Shown: positions 24,750 to 34,621 of the stretch, piece after piece | How positions within the stretch are numbered: position 1 is the first letter of the stretch | How the letters are laid out: each line of letters starts with the position of its first letter | IMG/VR virus record: IMGVR_UViG_3300030098_004191 | Coordinates: 21,902 to 85,901 of that record | Length of the DNA: 64,000 bases | Direction: 5' to 3' (one strand) | Source: a virus | Translations under genes and position numbers: made by a program | Notes under the pieces: generated by a model | Told to the model about the DNA's origin: nothing | Databases searched by the model: none | Seen by the model: the letters and a program-made list of their open reading frames with translations, nothing else

Positions 24750-24804
24750 ATTATATAATATCCAATATGTTTACGGTGGCTTCTTGTGACACTTCTTCAA
24801 CTGG
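24750..24804 (-). promoter_or_regulatory. Early promoter element, copy 14 (inside the MTase 3' end)
   Basis: CCAGTTGAAGAAGTGTCACA..TATAAT. Confidence 0.7.
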
Positions 24805-25710
24805 ATGATATTCTTCAATTCTTTTCTGAATTAGATTACCATAGTCTTCATGTAACTCACACCCTATGTAATCTCTACCTAATGACTTAGCAACCATAGC
24901 AGTGGTTCCTGATCCCATGAATGGATCTAATACACAATCACCTTCCTGACTACCTGCCTTGATACATGGTTCAATCAAATCAGGTGGAAATACTGCAAAG
25001 TGTGATCCTCTGTATGGTTTATTGGTTATTGACCATACACTTCTCTTATTCTTAGTTGGATATGATTTAGAAAGACCTGAATGTGGTTGTAGTCCTGTTC
25101 CTTCATTGTGATACTTACCATTAGTTCTATCTCTGGTTCCCCAGTCCTTTGCTGGTTCCTTTATTGCTTCATTATCATAGAAGTATTTCTTATTCTTACT
25201 CAACAGAAAAATATACTCATGTGACTTGGTACATCTATCTCTCACACTCTCAGGCATAGGATTAGGTTTATGCCATATAATATCCTGTCTCAAATACCAT
25301 CCATCTGCTCTCAATGCAAACGCAAGCATCCAAGGAATACCAATGAGATCCTTCTCTTTGAGTCCATCTAATCTATTACTACGTTTAGGTGAATACTCTG
25401 GTAGATCCTGATTATTACTTGCAACAGTCTGTTTAACGTATGCTTTTCCAGGTCTATAGTTATAATAACTATCACCAATGTTTAACCACAATGTACCATC
25501 ATCAGTCAGAACATCTCTAACACCTCTGAATACCTCTACAAGGTTTTGTATGTACTCTTCAGGTGTATTTTCCTGTCCTATCTGTTTATCCTCATCTCCA
25601 TAGTTCCTCAGACCGTAGTATGGTGGAGATGTAACACACATTCTGGCAGTCTTTGGTAGAAATGCCGACAGTGTTTCTTTACAGTCACCAAATAATATTG
25701 TATCTCTCAT
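24751..25710 (-). CDS. Beta-class DNA methyltransferase (N4-C/N6-A)
   Basis: CVTSPPYYGLR, IIWHKPNPMPESVRDR, HFAVFPPDL, VLDPFMGSGTT. Confidence 0.92.
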   Translation of the reverse strand: MRDTILFGDCKETLSAFLPKTARMCVTSPPYYGLRNYGDEDKQIGQENTPEEYIQNLVEVFRGVRDVLTDDGTLWLNIGDSYYNYRPGKAYVKQTVASNNQDLPEYSPKRSNRLDGLKEKDLIGIPWMLAFALRADGWYLRQDIIWHKPNPMPESVRDRCTKSHEYIFLLSKNKKYFYDNEAIKEPAKDWGTRDRTNGKYHNEGTGLQPHSGLSKSYPTKNKRSVWSITNKPYRGSHFAVFPPDLIEPCIKAGSQEGDCVLDPFMGSGTTAMVAKSLGRDYIGCELHEDYGNLIQKRIEEYHPVEEVSQEATVNILDII

Positions 25711-25967
25711 TTTGTCTGTTCTGATACTATTGCCTTCAACTTACCATCATCAATGGTAATGTTTATTTGATGTTGTAGATCCTTATCAGTATTCATAAGT
25801 CTAATATCTATTGCAGCACCCTTCCCATAACATTGCATGAATAACTTATTACACTTGACCTCCCATCTCTCTGGACTCTCAGCATGTTTATATACAGGAT
25901 TTGAGTGCTTGTCCTCATATCCCTTCACCCAAGGTGTATTATCATTTAAGTTTAACCAGTTCTTCAT
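25707..25967 (-). CDS. Hypothetical protein
   Basis: ORF track; likely start MKNWLNL with ATGA overlap. Confidence 0.6.
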   Translation of the reverse strand: MKNWLNLNDNTPWVKGYEDKHSNPVYKHAESPERWEVKCNKLFMQCYGKGAAIDIRLMNTDKDLQHQINITIDDGKLKAIVSEQTK

Positions 25968-26209
25968 GTTGTCCTCCATGCCACATAACATATAAAACCT
26001 AATCCTAATAGTATTGCAAAAGGAATAGGAAAGAATGGTAATACCATCATAGCATGAATTACTTGTACAAGCACAATACCATAAAATAGGAACATGATAG
26101 TCATGCCTATTTTATTGTGCCTACTTCCACGTTTATATGGGTGACAGCCAATCGGTCCTCTGTCCCATCCATCCACCATGTATTCTTTTGTAGGAATTTC
26201 TTTGCTCAT
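25964..26209 (-). CDS. Small membrane protein (81 aa)
   Basis: Two C-terminal hydrophobic helices. Confidence 0.7.
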   Translation of the reverse strand: MSKEIPTKEYMVDGWDRGPIGCHPYKRGSRHNKIGMTIMFLFYGIVLVQVIHAMMVLPFFPIPFAILLGLGFICYVAWRTT

Positions 26210-27384
26210 TTTCTTACCACACTAATTGCAGGTTCGCCCCTCTCAAATACAGTATCAACTACTGCCTGTACTCTACGTGCTGTACTAATACCAACCTTAG
26301 AATACACAGGAATACATACTAACCCATGAGTCTTCTCTTTGCCACCCTTACGAATCACTCTACCGATTGTTTGACTAATGCCAATGTAATCCATAGATCT
26401 TAAGAATAAGACTGCTTCAAGTCCTTTTACATTGATCCCTTCTGCTAAGATGCTATGATGTAAAACAACAAACTTCTTATCAGGATCTTGACCCCATGCA
26501 CTCAGTACATTAAAGAACTCATCTCTGGTTACTTTTTCACCATCAATGACTGCACCAGTCTTGGATGTAATATACATGCAAGTATAACCTCTCCATGCCA
26601 GTTCGTCAAGAAACTTGTCATATGATACTAATCCTGTGATCTGTCTGGTAGACTTAGCACATACTAGAATCTTCTTAGTATTGTGGTCATCAATATTATC
26701 CATGATCTGATTACATTCTACATCAAATGTAATTTCATCCTTCTGTCTTATGTCACTCTTATATACTTTCACCTTTGGTGGTAGGATGTAACCCTCATCC
26801 ACTAACTTAGGTGCTGGTACATTACAAATAACCTGACCAAATATATCAGGTTCATTCATACCCACCTTGAATGGTGTTAAACTATGCTTTGGTGTTGCAG
26901 TAAAGAAGTATGATCTCTCAGCATACATTGAGAAATACTCTACTGATGGGATAAAGTTTTTCCTAACTGAGTTGTGTGCTTCATCAAAGTATATTGTATC
27001 AACATGAGCATAACTCTGTTGTATTCTATGAAGTGAATGATATGTTGTAAAGATGATCTTTCTACCTTTACTGAACTTACACCACTCAGCAATTTCTACT
27101 GGTTTAGTAGTGCTGAAATACTTTGTATCACCACTATGAACGTGCATTACCTGAACATATTTGTATTTCTCTCTTATGACTTCCATGAACTCAGAACATA
27201 ATTGCTCTGCTAATAGGAGACGTGGAGCGACTACAACAATAGTCTTCCAACCCTTATCAAATTCTCTAATAGCATCCTGAATAGCAATAAGAGTCTTACC
27301 ACCACCTGTAGGTACGATGACTTGTCCCTTAGAATGTCTTGCTAGTGCTTCCAGTGCTTTATTCTGGTGAGGACGTAACTGCAT
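26206..27384 (-). CDS. SF2 DEAH helicase (ResIII-like ATPase domain)
   Basis: LRPHQ, PTGGGKT, DEAH, TAT, EGINV, QTIGRVIR. Confidence 0.9.
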   Translation of the reverse strand: MQLRPHQNKALEALARHSKGQVIVPTGGGKTLIAIQDAIREFDKGWKTIVVVAPRLLLAEQLCSEFMEVIREKYKYVQVMHVHSGDTKYFSTTKPVEIAEWCKFSKGRKIIFTTYHSLHRIQQSYAHVDTIYFDEAHNSVRKNFIPSVEYFSMYAERSYFFTATPKHSLTPFKVGMNEPDIFGQVICNVPAPKLVDEGYILPPKVKVYKSDIRQKDEITFDVECNQIMDNIDDHNTKKILVCAKSTRQITGLVSYDKFLDELAWRGYTCMYITSKTGAVIDGEKVTRDEFFNVLSAWGQDPDKKFVVLHHSILAEGINVKGLEAVLFLRSMDYIGISQTIGRVIRKGGKEKTHGLVCIPVYSKVGISTARRVQAVVDTVFERGEPAISVVRK

Positions 27385-27407
27385 CTATGCTCTATTAATA
27401 TGAAGAT

Positions 27408-27461
27408 ATTATAGCATAAAAAAAGACCCTACATGGGGTCTTGTGACACTTTCGCCACTGG
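27408..27461 (-). promoter_or_regulatory. Early promoter element, copy 15
   Basis: CCAGTGGCGAAAGTGTCACA, AAGACCC/GGGTCTT hairpin, TATAAT. Confidence 0.8.
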
Positions 27462-27516
27462 TTGCCTTAAAGTATTATAGAACTTGCCTTGCAACCATAC
27501 AAAGGTATGTATAACT

Positions 27517-27849
27517 TTATGATTTTTGACTGTCTTCTACTTTCTGTGCGATCTCATCAAACTTACCGTTCATCCAATCATCACTATGCTCAGACCATGA
27601 ACCAATAGGACAACTCTCTATTGATATTTTTGCTTTCATTTCTAATGGACATCCACAATGCTTACACATGTGTGGTCCTATATCATACCATTCACATTGC
27701 TGACATATCTTCAGTCTCTTTGTTAATACTTCTTCAGATACAAAGAAATCTTGTTGATTAGCTAAGGCATGTTTAATAACATCCCATGTAAATTTTGCCA
27801 AATTCTCACCTCTTTTAGGAAGTGACGGATAATCATGTTCAGTAGTCAT
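27517..27849 (-). CDS. Cys-rich small protein (DUF6171-like)
   Basis: RLKICQQC..CKHCGCPL..K....CPIGSW; late promoter upstream. Confidence 0.65.
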   Translation of the reverse strand: MTTEHDYPSLPKRGENLAKFTWDVIKHALANQQDFFVSEEVLTKRLKICQQCEWYDIGPHMCKHCGCPLEMKAKISIESCPIGSWSEHSDDWMNGKFDEIAQKVEDSQKS

Positions 27850-27872
27850 AATTATATAATCTAGTGTACTAT

Positions 27873-30800
27873 TTAGTACCCTCCTTTGATATTACCTGTA
27901 GACCCTGCCACCGCATATCCTGTACCTCGTACTGCTCTACCAGCAGATCCACCACCTCCACCAGCTTGTGGTCCAGGTCCAGTATTTCTTCCATAATCAT
28001 TAGGTGGAATTATATCATTTCCACCTGCCGTACCAGGTTGACCCCAATCTCCACCTGCTCCACCAATACCACCTGTATTACCTACACTTGCATAAGTAGG
28101 ACAATTCTTTGGAGTTCCAGCAAGACCATTCATTCCATTAGTTTCTCGATTTTGATTACCACCTTGTCCTAATCCACCATATCCACCAGCACCACCTGGA
28201 GCACCTGGTTTTTGTGCTGGATCATCAACAGTACAATAAGCTGCTTTTATACATGTTTTATGACATACAGCTCTCCAACCCCAACAATCACATCCTATAC
28301 CTGATTGATGACTCGCATAAGTTCCATTACCAACGGTTAAACTATCTCCTACACTATCACCATTACTATCATGTGTTTGCGTGTCATAAATTCTTCCATG
28401 TAAGTATCCACCAGGATCATTAATTGTTATTTGATTATTTCCAGCTTCATCTAAGAAGTTTCCACATCCAATATACCATTCACACTGACAATCACCACCT
28501 CTTGAGTATGAATACCATTCACCATAACCATTATTAACATTACCTACTGTCACTTTTGGCAACCAACAAGGACCATCTGGACCTTTAGTACCACCGCCTC
28601 CACGACCTCCACCGCCTCCTCCTCCAAAGAGTTCGGAATTAGATCTTAACCATACTCCAAAATTATTACTATTGGCAGTACCAGTCATTCTAACTGCATC
28701 ACCACCAGGTCCACCCTCAGTGATAGAATTTGGCCAATTAAATGCAGAACTAGAAGGAGTCTCACCACCTCTAAGTCCACCAGCACCATGAACAATCGCT
28801 GCAATATCTAGTGTGAAATTAACTACTTCTTCATTAATATTAAATGCAGGTTGATTTGGATTGAATGACTCACAATCATGTTTAATATAATACCACTTAC
28901 GAATATTCTTATTCATATTACTATTCCATGCCAATCCACCAATATTAATAGTGGATGTAGATGTACTAGAAGTCTCTATCATATAATACTTTCTACTATT
29001 CTGGAATTGTGATACTTTCCAATTAACAGTAGTTGCAATAGGAGTATTCTCAGTTGAATCAGGAACAACAGGATCCATATTAGTTTTAGATGTTCTCCTT
29101 CTTAATTCAGATGCTTTAATAGTTCCTGATGGATTCTTATCTCTAAAAGTATTTCTTAACTGACTAAATTTAACATTAGACATCACTGGAAAATGTACTG
29201 TATTAAGTACATCCTTTTGTTCTAAATTATTATTACCACCTGGTGCATATACACAACTACCATCATCAATAGTAGCATTAGGATTATAGTTTGTTGCATT
29301 AGGATCGGTACATCCTGAAATTGGACCATAAGTACAACTACCATCATCCACGTTTGCATTTGGATCATAGTTTGTTGCATTAGGATCAGTACATCCTAGA
29401 ACCTGAGTATTTGGTGTTGGTGTTGGTTGTTGACCAACATTCAATGATGTTTTTAATACAGTACCAGAAGCATTTGTAGCTACAAATGCAACACCACCTG
29501 GATTTGCTGGCCATGTATTAGGGAATGAAGTAGCAGAAGTATTGTTAATTCTAACTGTTAATTTACGATTTCCAGCAGGTACTCCATTTTGGAATGAAGA
29601 TATTAAACTATTACCAAACCCTGAACCTCCAACAGTAATAATATCAGATGTTAAAGGATTACTCGTAGATCCTACTATAACATCATCAATGAGAAATGTT
29701 GCTTCACCATCAGCAGCAACTTCTAATATAACTTGTCCACCTTCATGTGTAAACACATAAGTTGTTTCTATTGTCTGACCTACTAATGGATCAGTGGTAG
29801 ATGGGAACACAGCATAGGTATTCATAAATGATCCCCATGCACCACTAGCAGTTTGTGGGAAAGAATCACTTGATCTAGCAACTATATCTCCAAAGGTTGG
29901 TAGTCCATTTCTTGCGTCCTTCAATATCCATGCAACACCACCTGGATTCATATTCCATACAGATCCACCACCAATATTGTTTATAGTGGCAGTAATCCAA
30001 TGATCTCTATGTGAAGTTGTACTAACTCCAAAATTTGTAGATGTATTATGAGGACCAATAGGTAAAGCACCCGAAGTAATAGTTCCTAATGTTTCCTCTG
30101 TATCCCATACAAATGTTGCTCTACCATCACACTGACATTCAAGTGTATAATCTCCAGGTTGTCCAGGAAGATTAAATCTCCAAGTAGCTGTATGATCTTG
30201 ATCTGGTAATGGATTAGTATTAGAAGGGAACATTGCATAGTCCTTCATAAACTGTGACCAACCTTGAGGATCAGTCAAATACCAACCAGAAGCACCTTCA
30301 GAAGCCTTAACCCATGCAGTTTGTGGTGTCCATTTTTCCCAACCAACAAACCAATCTGATGGAGCAAATTCACAACTACCATCATCTACAGTAGCATTTG
30401 GATTATAGTTTGACGCATTAGGATTAGTACATCCATAAACAACAGGATCATCATCTGGTATAGTAACAGTAGAAGCATCCCAAAGTACTTTTGGAGTTCC
30501 ACCCATTAAACTTTCTAAATCTGCCCATCTAATATCTGTTGCCGTATTTGGTTCTTCACCATAATAAAAATCATCTTCAGATTGAACACCACATTTATCA
30601 TTAATCCAATCTTTTATTTCAGACCATCCCCAAGATCTATTTGATTGTAATTTAGTGGCAATTATACCAGCAGCAGTAGGACATGCTGAACTCGTTCCAT
30701 CAAAATATCTATCATAAGGAGTTAAACTAAGTCCAGAATAACTATCCTGTCTTTGATAAACTGAACTATTAGTACCAGAAGTTGCAGCAAGAGTTCCATC

Positions 30801-32588
30801 TCCAGGAGTATAGCAATCAACTGCTTCTCCCATTACACTATAATCTACCTTTCTTTCCTTTCCAGTTGGGGGGTAATGATAATTACCATCATCATCGTGC
30901 TGGTCATCTAATGCACCAACATTAATTACTGGATAAACAACTTTACCAGTGTTACTATCAGTATATTTTCCTGCTGCTTGTGGCCATCCCCATCTACTTA
31001 TAGATCTATAAAAACCATCATAACTAACAGCCTCATTGTATGGTGTACCAGGTCCTTCTGCATTGGTAGAGTAATAGTTGTTGTAATCAGGATGATCCGA
31101 ATTAACCATTTTTTGATTACTATTACCAGCAGCAACAAGTACAATAACACCTTCTTCAATACATTCATCAGCTGCTGCTGAAGTAGCATCAGGTACTTTT
31201 TCTTTTTGACATCTCCCTCCATCTCCTGGTACACCAATATCAGCCAAAAATGCAGGTTTGGAACTAAAAGCTACACCACCACTTCCATCAAGTCCTTGTC
31301 TATAATAATACGTTGCAGGAGTGAAGATATGAGATCTAAATCCCCAACTATTACTACAAACTGTTGGATTCTTTGTATTATCTGAAGGTCTATTTGGTTT
31401 GTGTTTGTGAAATACATTCACTATTTCCCAATAAGAGTCTTCTCTTATGTTTCCAATTCTATGAGCGTGCCATTTATTAGCATTAAATGCCCATCCCTGT
31501 GTTCTACCACATGCTTGTGCCATACATGGAGTACCATGAGTTGCAGTGCTAGTAGGATATGCTGTATTACTACCATTACATCGAGCTCTAGTATAAGTTT
31601 GATCGCTTACACTAATACTACCAAAGTCGGGAAAAGTATAACTAAATCCACCGTCAATAATATCATTACCTGGTCTAATTATGGGATCTACATGAGATCT
31701 AGCATAATTATTTTGCCACCATCTTCTAGCCCATACCTCTTTAGGAACTATAGTTCCATCCCAACGAGTCTCTAACTTCTCAGGATCATTATTATCAAAA
31801 ATAGCGTAAAGAAAATAATAACCAGGTTGTCCAGGAGAATTAGGTGTTTGAAAAAATTCTGGGTCAAGGTAGTATGGAGCATCTAATACTAAATCTAGTA
31901 TATCACATGTACCATTTCCTGGTAAAACATTACCTCCAGTATATAATTGTGGACCATCTCCAGTATTATTACAAAATTCTGGATGACCATACCAAACACC
32001 ATTATCTCCAACAATTACATCAATATCTTTACCATCACCAATATATTCAATCTTATCCTCAATCACATCAGTAGGTGCTTTACCCTTCCACGGATCAACC
32101 TTTGCCGTACTTCTTAATATTTGAAATCCAGATCTATTAGTAGAATAACCACCTAAACTTTGTCCATTATTATGAACTCTATAATTCTTAACATTACTAG
32201 AATATCTATCCAAGTATAACAGATCATCTGGAAACGGCTCAAATGAACCTGGATATGCACTTTGATCTATACGAACAAATTTTACTTTTGGGTGATTCCT
32301 TAAGGATTCAACTTCAGCATCATCAAGTAAATATACTGCTCTAGTCTTACTAATTTTTTTATCATTAACACATTCAATACTATCCTTTGGAATATTATCT
32401 TCTAATGTTCCATCTTCCATTAATACTTTATGAATATGATCCCAATCTTCTGGAGTATGACATCCAACAGCATATTGTTTTTTACCACTACCAGATGGAA
32501 CTTTTGGTAATGTATCCAAATATTCTTGCCAATACGACCTTCTCTCTTCTTCAGTAAAATCTGGAGATAAAGCTTTATCAAGACTCAT
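27873..32588 (-). CDS. Virion protein: S8 subtilase, Cys repeats and a C-terminal gp38-like polyglycine adhesin
   Basis: VIVGDNG, THGTPCM, AAGNSN, DGTSSACP; three GCT(D/N)PNA.NY.PNA..DDGSC repeats; C-terminal Gly-rich motifs. Confidence 0.8.
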   Translation of the reverse strand: MSLDKALSPDFTEEERRSYWQEYLDTLPKVPSGSGKKQYAVGCHTPEDWDHIHKVLMEDGTLEDNIPKDSIECVNDKKISKTRAVYLLDDAEVESLRNHPKVKFVRIDQSAYPGSFEPFPDDLLYLDRYSSNVKNYRVHNNGQSLGGYSTNRSGFQILRSTAKVDPWKGKAPTDVIEDKIEYIGDGKDIDVIVGDNGVWYGHPEFCNNTGDGPQLYTGGNVLPGNGTCDILDLVLDAPYYLDPEFFQTPNSPGQPGYYFLYAIFDNNDPEKLETRWDGTIVPKEVWARRWWQNNYARSHVDPIIRPGNDIIDGGFSYTFPDFGSISVSDQTYTRARCNGSNTAYPTSTATHGTPCMAQACGRTQGWAFNANKWHAHRIGNIREDSYWEIVNVFHKHKPNRPSDNTKNPTVCSNSWGFRSHIFTPATYYYRQGLDGSGGVAFSSKPAFLADIGVPGDGGRCQKEKVPDATSAAADECIEEGVIVLVAAGNSNQKMVNSDHPDYNNYYSTNAEGPGTPYNEAVSYDGFYRSISRWGWPQAAGKYTDSNTGKVVYPVINVGALDDQHDDDGNYHYPPTGKERKVDYSVMGEAVDCYTPGDGTLAATSGTNSSVYQRQDSYSGLSLTPYDRYFDGTSSACPTAAGIIATKLQSNRSWGWSEIKDWINDKCGVQSEDDFYYGEEPNTATDIRWADLESLMGGTPKVLWDASTVTIPDDDPVVYGCTNPNASNYNPNATVDDGSCEFAPSDWFVGWEKWTPQTAWVKASEGASGWYLTDPQGWSQFMKDYAMFPSNTNPLPDQDHTATWRFNLPGQPGDYTLECQCDGRATFVWDTEETLGTITSGALPIGPHNTSTNFGVSTTSHRDHWITATINNIGGGSVWNMNPGGVAWILKDARNGLPTFGDIVARSSDSFPQTASGAWGSFMNTYAVFPSTTDPLVGQTIETTYVFTHEGGQVILEVAADGEATFLIDDVIVGSTSNPLTSDIITVGGSGFGNSLISSFQNGVPAGNRKLTVRINNTSATSFPNTWPANPGGVAFVATNASGTVLKTSLNVGQQPTPTPNTQVLGCTDPNATNYDPNANVDDGSCTYGPISGCTDPNATNYNPNATIDDGSCVYAPGGNNNLEQKDVLNTVHFPVMSNVKFSQLRNTFRDKNPSGTIKASELRRRTSKTNMDPVVPDSTENTPIATTVNWKVSQFQNSRKYYMIETSSTSTSTINIGGLAWNSNMNKNIRKWYYIKHDCESFNPNQPAFNINEEVVNFTLDIAAIVHGAGGLRGGETPSSSAFNWPNSITEGGPGGDAVRMTGTANSNNFGVWLRSNSELFGGGGGGGRGGGGTKGPDGPCWLPKVTVGNVNNGYGEWYSYSRGGDCQCEWYIGCGNFLDEAGNNQITINDPGGYLHGRIYDTQTHDSNGDSVGDSLTVGNGTYASHQSGIGCDCWGWRAVCHKTCIKAAYCTVDDPAQKPGAPGGAGGYGGLGQGGNQNRETNGMNGLAGTPKNCPTYASVGNTGGIGGAGGDWGQPGTAGGNDIIPPNDYGRNTGPGPQAGGGGGSAGRAVRGTGYAVAGSTGNIKGGY

Positions 32589-32597
32589 AAGTAATAC

Positions 32598-34598
32598 CTA
32601 GAATAGATCTTGCCAACCCGTAGGTGTATAGCATTGAAGTTTATTTGTAGTAGAGTTATAAACAACGCCACCAAAGACAGTCTGGAGTCCTACCTGATTT
32701 GCTGTTGTTATAACTGGAGGAAGCATATAACCAACAGTTCCAATACCACCAACCATACTAAAGTCAACTACTGCTCTTGTCATAGTAGTACCAATACCAA
32801 CAAATGATTTAGATGTACCATCAAGATTAATTCCACCATTTCTTATAACAATATCATTGTTATGTACTTGTATTGCTCCTGTACTTCCAATAATATCTGG
32901 ATTAGGAGCAGTCGTTCCAAATCCTACAGTAGATGAAAATGCTGCATTTCCCTGTACTAACAATTCATTGCCATATAATCCGACAGTATCAGTATTAATA
33001 CCAATACCACCAAGTAATGCTTTTTTACCTTTACCATCCAAATCTGTTGTTGGAAGAGCAGAAGTAAGACCTACTTTATTGGTTATATTTACATTATAAA
33101 ATGTAGAAATACCAGAAGTATTATTAAGATTAGTTCCTGTAAGTATAGATGGCCAATTAAATGTACCACTTATAGATCCACGAACATCAAGATTTCCACC
33201 AACCCAAGCATTACCTGTAACAGTAGAAGTACCAACCACATGTAATGTATTAGTTGGAACAGTCTGATTAATACCTAACTTACCATCATAAGTAAGAGAC
33301 ATTAACTCATTATTAGTCTGTCCATATTTCCAACCAAATCTACCTGTACTCAAACCAGCAGGTCCATTATGAAGAACCATATTAAGACTACCAGTGTCAT
33401 TATTAATAACTTCTAGTGTCTTATTAGTACTACCATATCGTATATAACCAACACTACTACCAGCACCAACAGTCTGACCAATACTAACTTGTGCAACACC
33501 TGAATCTGCAACAACTTCTATCTTACTTCCATTAGACTTTCTAACTTGGAAGTCAGTTGTTGGAGTTGCAGTTCCTACACCTGCCTGGCCTGTTGCTAAT
33601 GTTGTAAATGCAGTACCACCAGTTCCAACTTTTACTTGTCCATTCGCATTAACAACACCAGTGAATGTTGATACACCAGATATACTTAGATTAGTTGTAT
33701 CTAATTGAGATGTTATAGTAACACCAACTCCAGAAGTTGATAATACTTTAGTAGGTGTACTTCCATAATATAATTCAACTGAACCACCTGCATACGCTCT
33801 CAAAGCATCTTTAATTGTTCCTGTACGCAGTCTTACATCATTAACAGAATCAAGATATAATGTTCCAGAACTGTTCAATATAGATGAACCAGTATTCCAA
33901 TCACCTCTAAGTTCTAATAGATTAGTAGATCCAAATAGAACATGAGCATTTCCAGCAAATTTTAAACTATTAGCAGACTTATCCCACTGTGCATTATGTG
34001 ATGTGCCAATAAATTTTGCATCATCATTAAATGTAGAAATACCAGTTGCATTTAATGTAGATGCTGTTATATCACCAGTAATATCACCAGTTACATTACC
34101 AGTGAGATTTCCAGAGAAAGTAGTAGCAGTTACAACACCAGTTGCATTAATATTACCCGTTGAATCTATACCAACACCCGTAGAATTATCAGGATTCTTA
34201 CCAACTTGGAATTGATAAACTGGATCGGTAGTACCTACACCAACCGAACCTGAATTGTATATTGAAGTAACACCAGCACCTATATTAACATCCGTCCATT
34301 GTGAAGTTGGTAGATTAGAAAGAGTAGAACCATCACCTTTAAAACTCGTAGCAGTTATAACACCACTCGAATTCATATTAATACCAGTACCAAGTTTAAC
34401 TTCAGCAAAAGTTGAAACTCCAGTAACATTTAATTCTGTTGTAGTAACCAGTCCTGCAACAGCAATATTTCCTTTTACATCTAACCTTTCTGTAGGAACT
34501 GTAGTACCAATTCCAACCAGATTACCTCTGACGATAAAATCATCGTCATCAACCTGGACACCATCTCTAAAGCTAAAGCTCTTCCTTATATTAGGCAT
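32598..34598 (-). CDS. Tail fibre-like structural protein (666 aa)
   Basis: VGIGTT / GVSTF repeats; ends YNSTTNKLQCY..TGWQDLF; late promoter. Confidence 0.75.
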   Translation of the reverse strand: MPNIRKSFSFRDGVQVDDDDFIVRGNLVGIGTTVPTERLDVKGNIAVAGLVTTTELNVTGVSTFAEVKLGTGINMNSSGVITATSFKGDGSTLSNLPTSQWTDVNIGAGVTSIYNSGSVGVGTTDPVYQFQVGKNPDNSTGVGIDSTGNINATGVVTATTFSGNLTGNVTGDITGDITASTLNATGISTFNDDAKFIGTSHNAQWDKSANSLKFAGNAHVLFGSTNLLELRGDWNTGSSILNSSGTLYLDSVNDVRLRTGTIKDALRAYAGGSVELYYGSTPTKVLSTSGVGVTITSQLDTTNLSISGVSTFTGVVNANGQVKVGTGGTAFTTLATGQAGVGTATPTTDFQVRKSNGSKIEVVADSGVAQVSIGQTVGAGSSVGYIRYGSTNKTLEVINNDTGSLNMVLHNGPAGLSTGRFGWKYGQTNNELMSLTYDGKLGINQTVPTNTLHVVGTSTVTGNAWVGGNLDVRGSISGTFNWPSILTGTNLNNTSGISTFYNVNITNKVGLTSALPTTDLDGKGKKALLGGIGINTDTVGLYGNELLVQGNAAFSSTVGFGTTAPNPDIIGSTGAIQVHNNDIVIRNGGINLDGTSKSFVGIGTTMTRAVVDFSMVGGIGTVGYMLPPVITTANQVGLQTVFGGVVYNSTTNKLQCYTPTGWQDLF

Positions 34599-34621
34599 TA
34601 CTCGATATTTTTAGTTATTTA

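Noticed and set aside
19170-27384. Complete type III R-M system (Mod plus Res)
   Set aside because: The helicase is only 392 aa with no nuclease domain and is not adjacent to the Mod-like MTase.
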